Origin: Myxococcota bacterium
Lineage (GTDB): Bacteria; Myxococcota_A; UBA9160; UBA4427
Length of the DNA stretch: 64,000 bases
Direction: 5' to 3'
NCBI GenBank assembly: GCA_965250285.1
Contig: OZ252299.1
Span: forward strand, 1,568,001-1,632,000
Under the pieces are notes generated by a model. It was not told the DNA's origin, made no database searches, and was given only the letters and a program-made list of their open reading frames with translations. Below are positions 60,211 through 64,000 of this stretch, piece after piece (within the stretch, counting starts at the first letter, position 1; each line of letters opens with the position of its first letter). Position numbers and translations under genes: made by a program.

Positions 60211-60636
60211 GTGAACGCGGCCGATCTCAAGTCGATCGATCTGCTCGCCGAACTCGGTGACGATGACCGCGATGCGCTGGCCGAGCTGCTCGAGGAGCAG
60301 ACGGTGGCGCAGGGTCGGCGCCTGTTCAGCGAGGGCGAAGAGAGCGAAGACCTCGTGCTGGTGCTCGAGGGGCGCGTGCGACTCGAGCTGCGCGGGGGGG
60401 ACGCGCTGGGAGAGTTGCCCGCAGGCTCGACTCTCGGCGGCATCTCACTCGTCTGCTTCGGGAAGCGGGGCGCGGCCGCCTACGCCGAAGCGCCGTGTCG
60501 TGTCGCGCGGCTGGATCGTTCGGGCTATCGGCGACTGGCCGACGACTACCCACGGACGGCCTGTCGGCTGATCGAAGCGCTCTTCAAGCAGCTGGCGGAC
60601 GACGTCCGAGAGTCGCTCGAAGACGCGACCCTCTGA
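60211..60636 (+). CDS. Stand-alone cyclic-nucleotide-binding domain protein
   Basis: '[31 protein letters not shown]'. Confidence 0.8.
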   Translation: MNAADLKSIDLLAELGDDDRDALAELLEEQTVAQGRRLFSEGEESEDLVLVLEGRVRLELRGGDALGELPAGSTLGGISLVCFGKRGAAAYAEAPCRVARLDRSGYRRLADDYPRTACRLIEALFKQLADDVRESLEDATL

Positions 60637-62396
<1,760 letters not shown>

Positions 62397-62562
62397 TTCG
62401 AACGGCGTCTCGCCCCGCATCGAAGGGGTGTCGGATTTCCGGGTCGGGGCGCGATCCGATACACTGCGACGGCGTCCCCCCGCCTACAATCTCGTCCCTG
62501 GTTCCGTGCTCCGGCGTCGCCCGCGGCGCCGCGTGTGCACAGGAGGTTGCACGCTTCCCCCC

Positions 62563-64000
62563 ATGACGACCTCGAAGCAAGGCCCCCCCGCTGGCCACGC
62601 CCGCATCCTGATTCTCGACTTCGGCTCTCAGTTCACGCAGCTGATCGCGCGCCGGATTCGTGAGCAGCACGTCTACTGCGAGATCCACCCCGGTGACCTC
62701 GATGTCGAGTCCGTGCGCCGCTTCGGCGCGTCGGGGATCGTGCTCTCGGGCGGCCCGTCGAGCGTGACCGACGACGACGCCCCGCGCCTCGATCCCGCCG
62801 TGCTCGAGCTCGGGCTGCCGGTGCTCGGCATCTGCTACGGGCTGCAGCTGCTCGTCCACATGCTCGGTGGCCACGTCGAGGCGGCCGACGATCGCGAGTA
62901 CGGGCGGGCCCACCTGAAGATCGAGCGCGACGACCCGCTCTTCGCGGGCCTCGAGGCCGACACCGACCACGTCGTGTGGATGAGTCACGGCGACCGCGTG
63001 CTCGAACTGCCCAGCGGCTTCGAGGTGCTCGCGAGCAGCGGCAACTCACCGTTCGCGGCGGTGCGCGCTTCGGGCGCCGATCTCTGGGGCCTGCAGTTCC
63101 ATCCCGAGGTGGTCCACACCGAGGGCGGCGGGCGCATGCTCGAGAACTTCGTCGGTGGGATCTGCGGGTGCGCCGGTGACTGGACGATGGCGGCCTTCGT
63201 CGAAGAGGCCATCGCCGACATTCGGGCGCAGGTCGGCGACGGACAGGTCGTGTGCGGGCTCTCGGGTGGCGTCGATTCATCGGTCGCGGCCGCGCTGGTG
63301 CACCGCGCGGTGGGCGACCAGCTGACGTGCATCTTCGTCGACCACGGCCTGATGCGCGAGAACGAGCGGGCGCAGGTCGAGGCCACGTTCCGCGAGAGCC
63401 TCGGGATCGACCTGGTGACGGTCGACGCGAGCGAGCTCTTTCTCGGCAAGCTCGCCGGCGTCACCGATCCGGAGGAGAAACGCAAGATCATCGGCGCGCT
63501 GTTCATCGAGGTGTTCGAGGACGAAGCCGCGAAGGTCGGCGATGCGAAGTTCCTCGTGCAGGGCACGCTCTATCCCGACGTCATCGAGAGCGTCTCGGTC
63601 AAGGGGGCCTCGGTCACGATCAAGAGCCATCACAACGTCGGCGGTCTGCCCGAAGACATGAAGCTCGAGCTGGTCGAGCCGCTGCGCGAGCTCTTCAAGG
63701 ACGAGGTGCGCGCCCTGGGCCGCGAGCTCGAGCTGCCCGAGCATGCCGTGGCCCGGCATCCCTTCCCCGGGCCGGGCCTCGCCATTCGCATCATGGGTGA
63801 GGTCACGCCCGAGCGGCTCGAGCCGCTGCGGCGGGCCGACGCGATCATGAACGAAGAGATCCGCGCAGCCGGACTCTACGACGAGATCTGGCAGGCGCTC
63901 GTGGTCTTCCTGCCCGTGCAGAGCGTGGGGGTCATGGGGGATGCGCGCACGTACGAGAACGTCGTCGCCGTGCGATGCGTCACTTCGGTCGACGCAATGA
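62563..64000 (+). CDS. guaA: GMP synthase (glutamine-hydrolysing), truncated at window edge
   Basis: Translated by hand: '[17 protein letters not shown]', 'GICYG', 'QFHPEV', 'LSGGVDS', 'IKSHHNVGG', 'HPFPGPGL'. Confidence 0.97.
   Translation, partial: MTTSKQGPPAGHARILILDFGSQFTQLIARRIREQHVYCEIHPGDLDVESVRRFGASGIVLSGGPSSVTDDDAPRLDPAVLELGLPVLGICYGLQLLVHMLGGHVEAADDREYGRAHLKIERDDPLFAGLEADTDHVVWMSHGDRVLELPSGFEVLASSGNSPFAAVRASGADLWGLQFHPEVVHTEGGGRMLENFVGGICGCAGDWTMAAFVEEAIADIRAQVGDGQVVCGLSGGVDSSVAAALVHRAVGDQLTCIFVDHGLMRENERAQVEATFRESLGIDLVTVDASELFLGKLAGVTDPEEKRKIIGALFIEVFEDEAAKVGDAKFLVQGTLYPDVIESVSVKGASVTIKSHHNVGGLPEDMKLELVEPLRELFKDEVRALGRELELPEHAVARHPFPGPGLAIRIMGEVTPERLEPLRRADAIMNEEIRAAGLYDEIWQALVVFLPVQSVGVMGDARTYENVVAVRCVTSVDAM

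Overview
High-GC chromosomal window (about 70% by eye), inferred to be from a Myxococcota/deltaproteobacterium-like organism (MglA-family GTPase, DUF4388 protein, tilS-ftsH-folP-cdaA-cdaR-glmM-nnr-tsaE block). It is mostly core genes: a MoxR/DUF58/transglutaminase trio, prmA, tRNA-Met, tilS, ftsH, folP, cdaA/cdaR, glmM, iscS-mnmA-rnc-era, a branched-chain acyl-CoA/B12 mutase cluster (HMG-CoA lyase, carboxyltransferase, MerR, icmF, scpA, meaB), ribBA, a CoxD/CoxE-like pair, miaB, a signalling trio and guaBA. I saw no integrase, transposase or CRISPR array. The most unusual signals are: (1) five unrelated tandem arrays (periods 21, 77, 25, 36-39 and 33 bp), each copied from the stop-codon region of the adjacent gene, one of which forms four identical-length, GTGA-coupled 26-aa mini-ORFs between folP and cdaA; (2) a ~160-nt structured RNA with its own sigma70-type promoter and terminator upstream of a phosphodiesterase gene; (3) a long structured ribBA leader that lacks the FMN-riboswitch consensus; (4) a REC-DUF4388-pseudo-GTPase protein and a P-loop kinase-dCMP deaminase fusion. 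All family calls come from motif recognition by eye; no searches were run.
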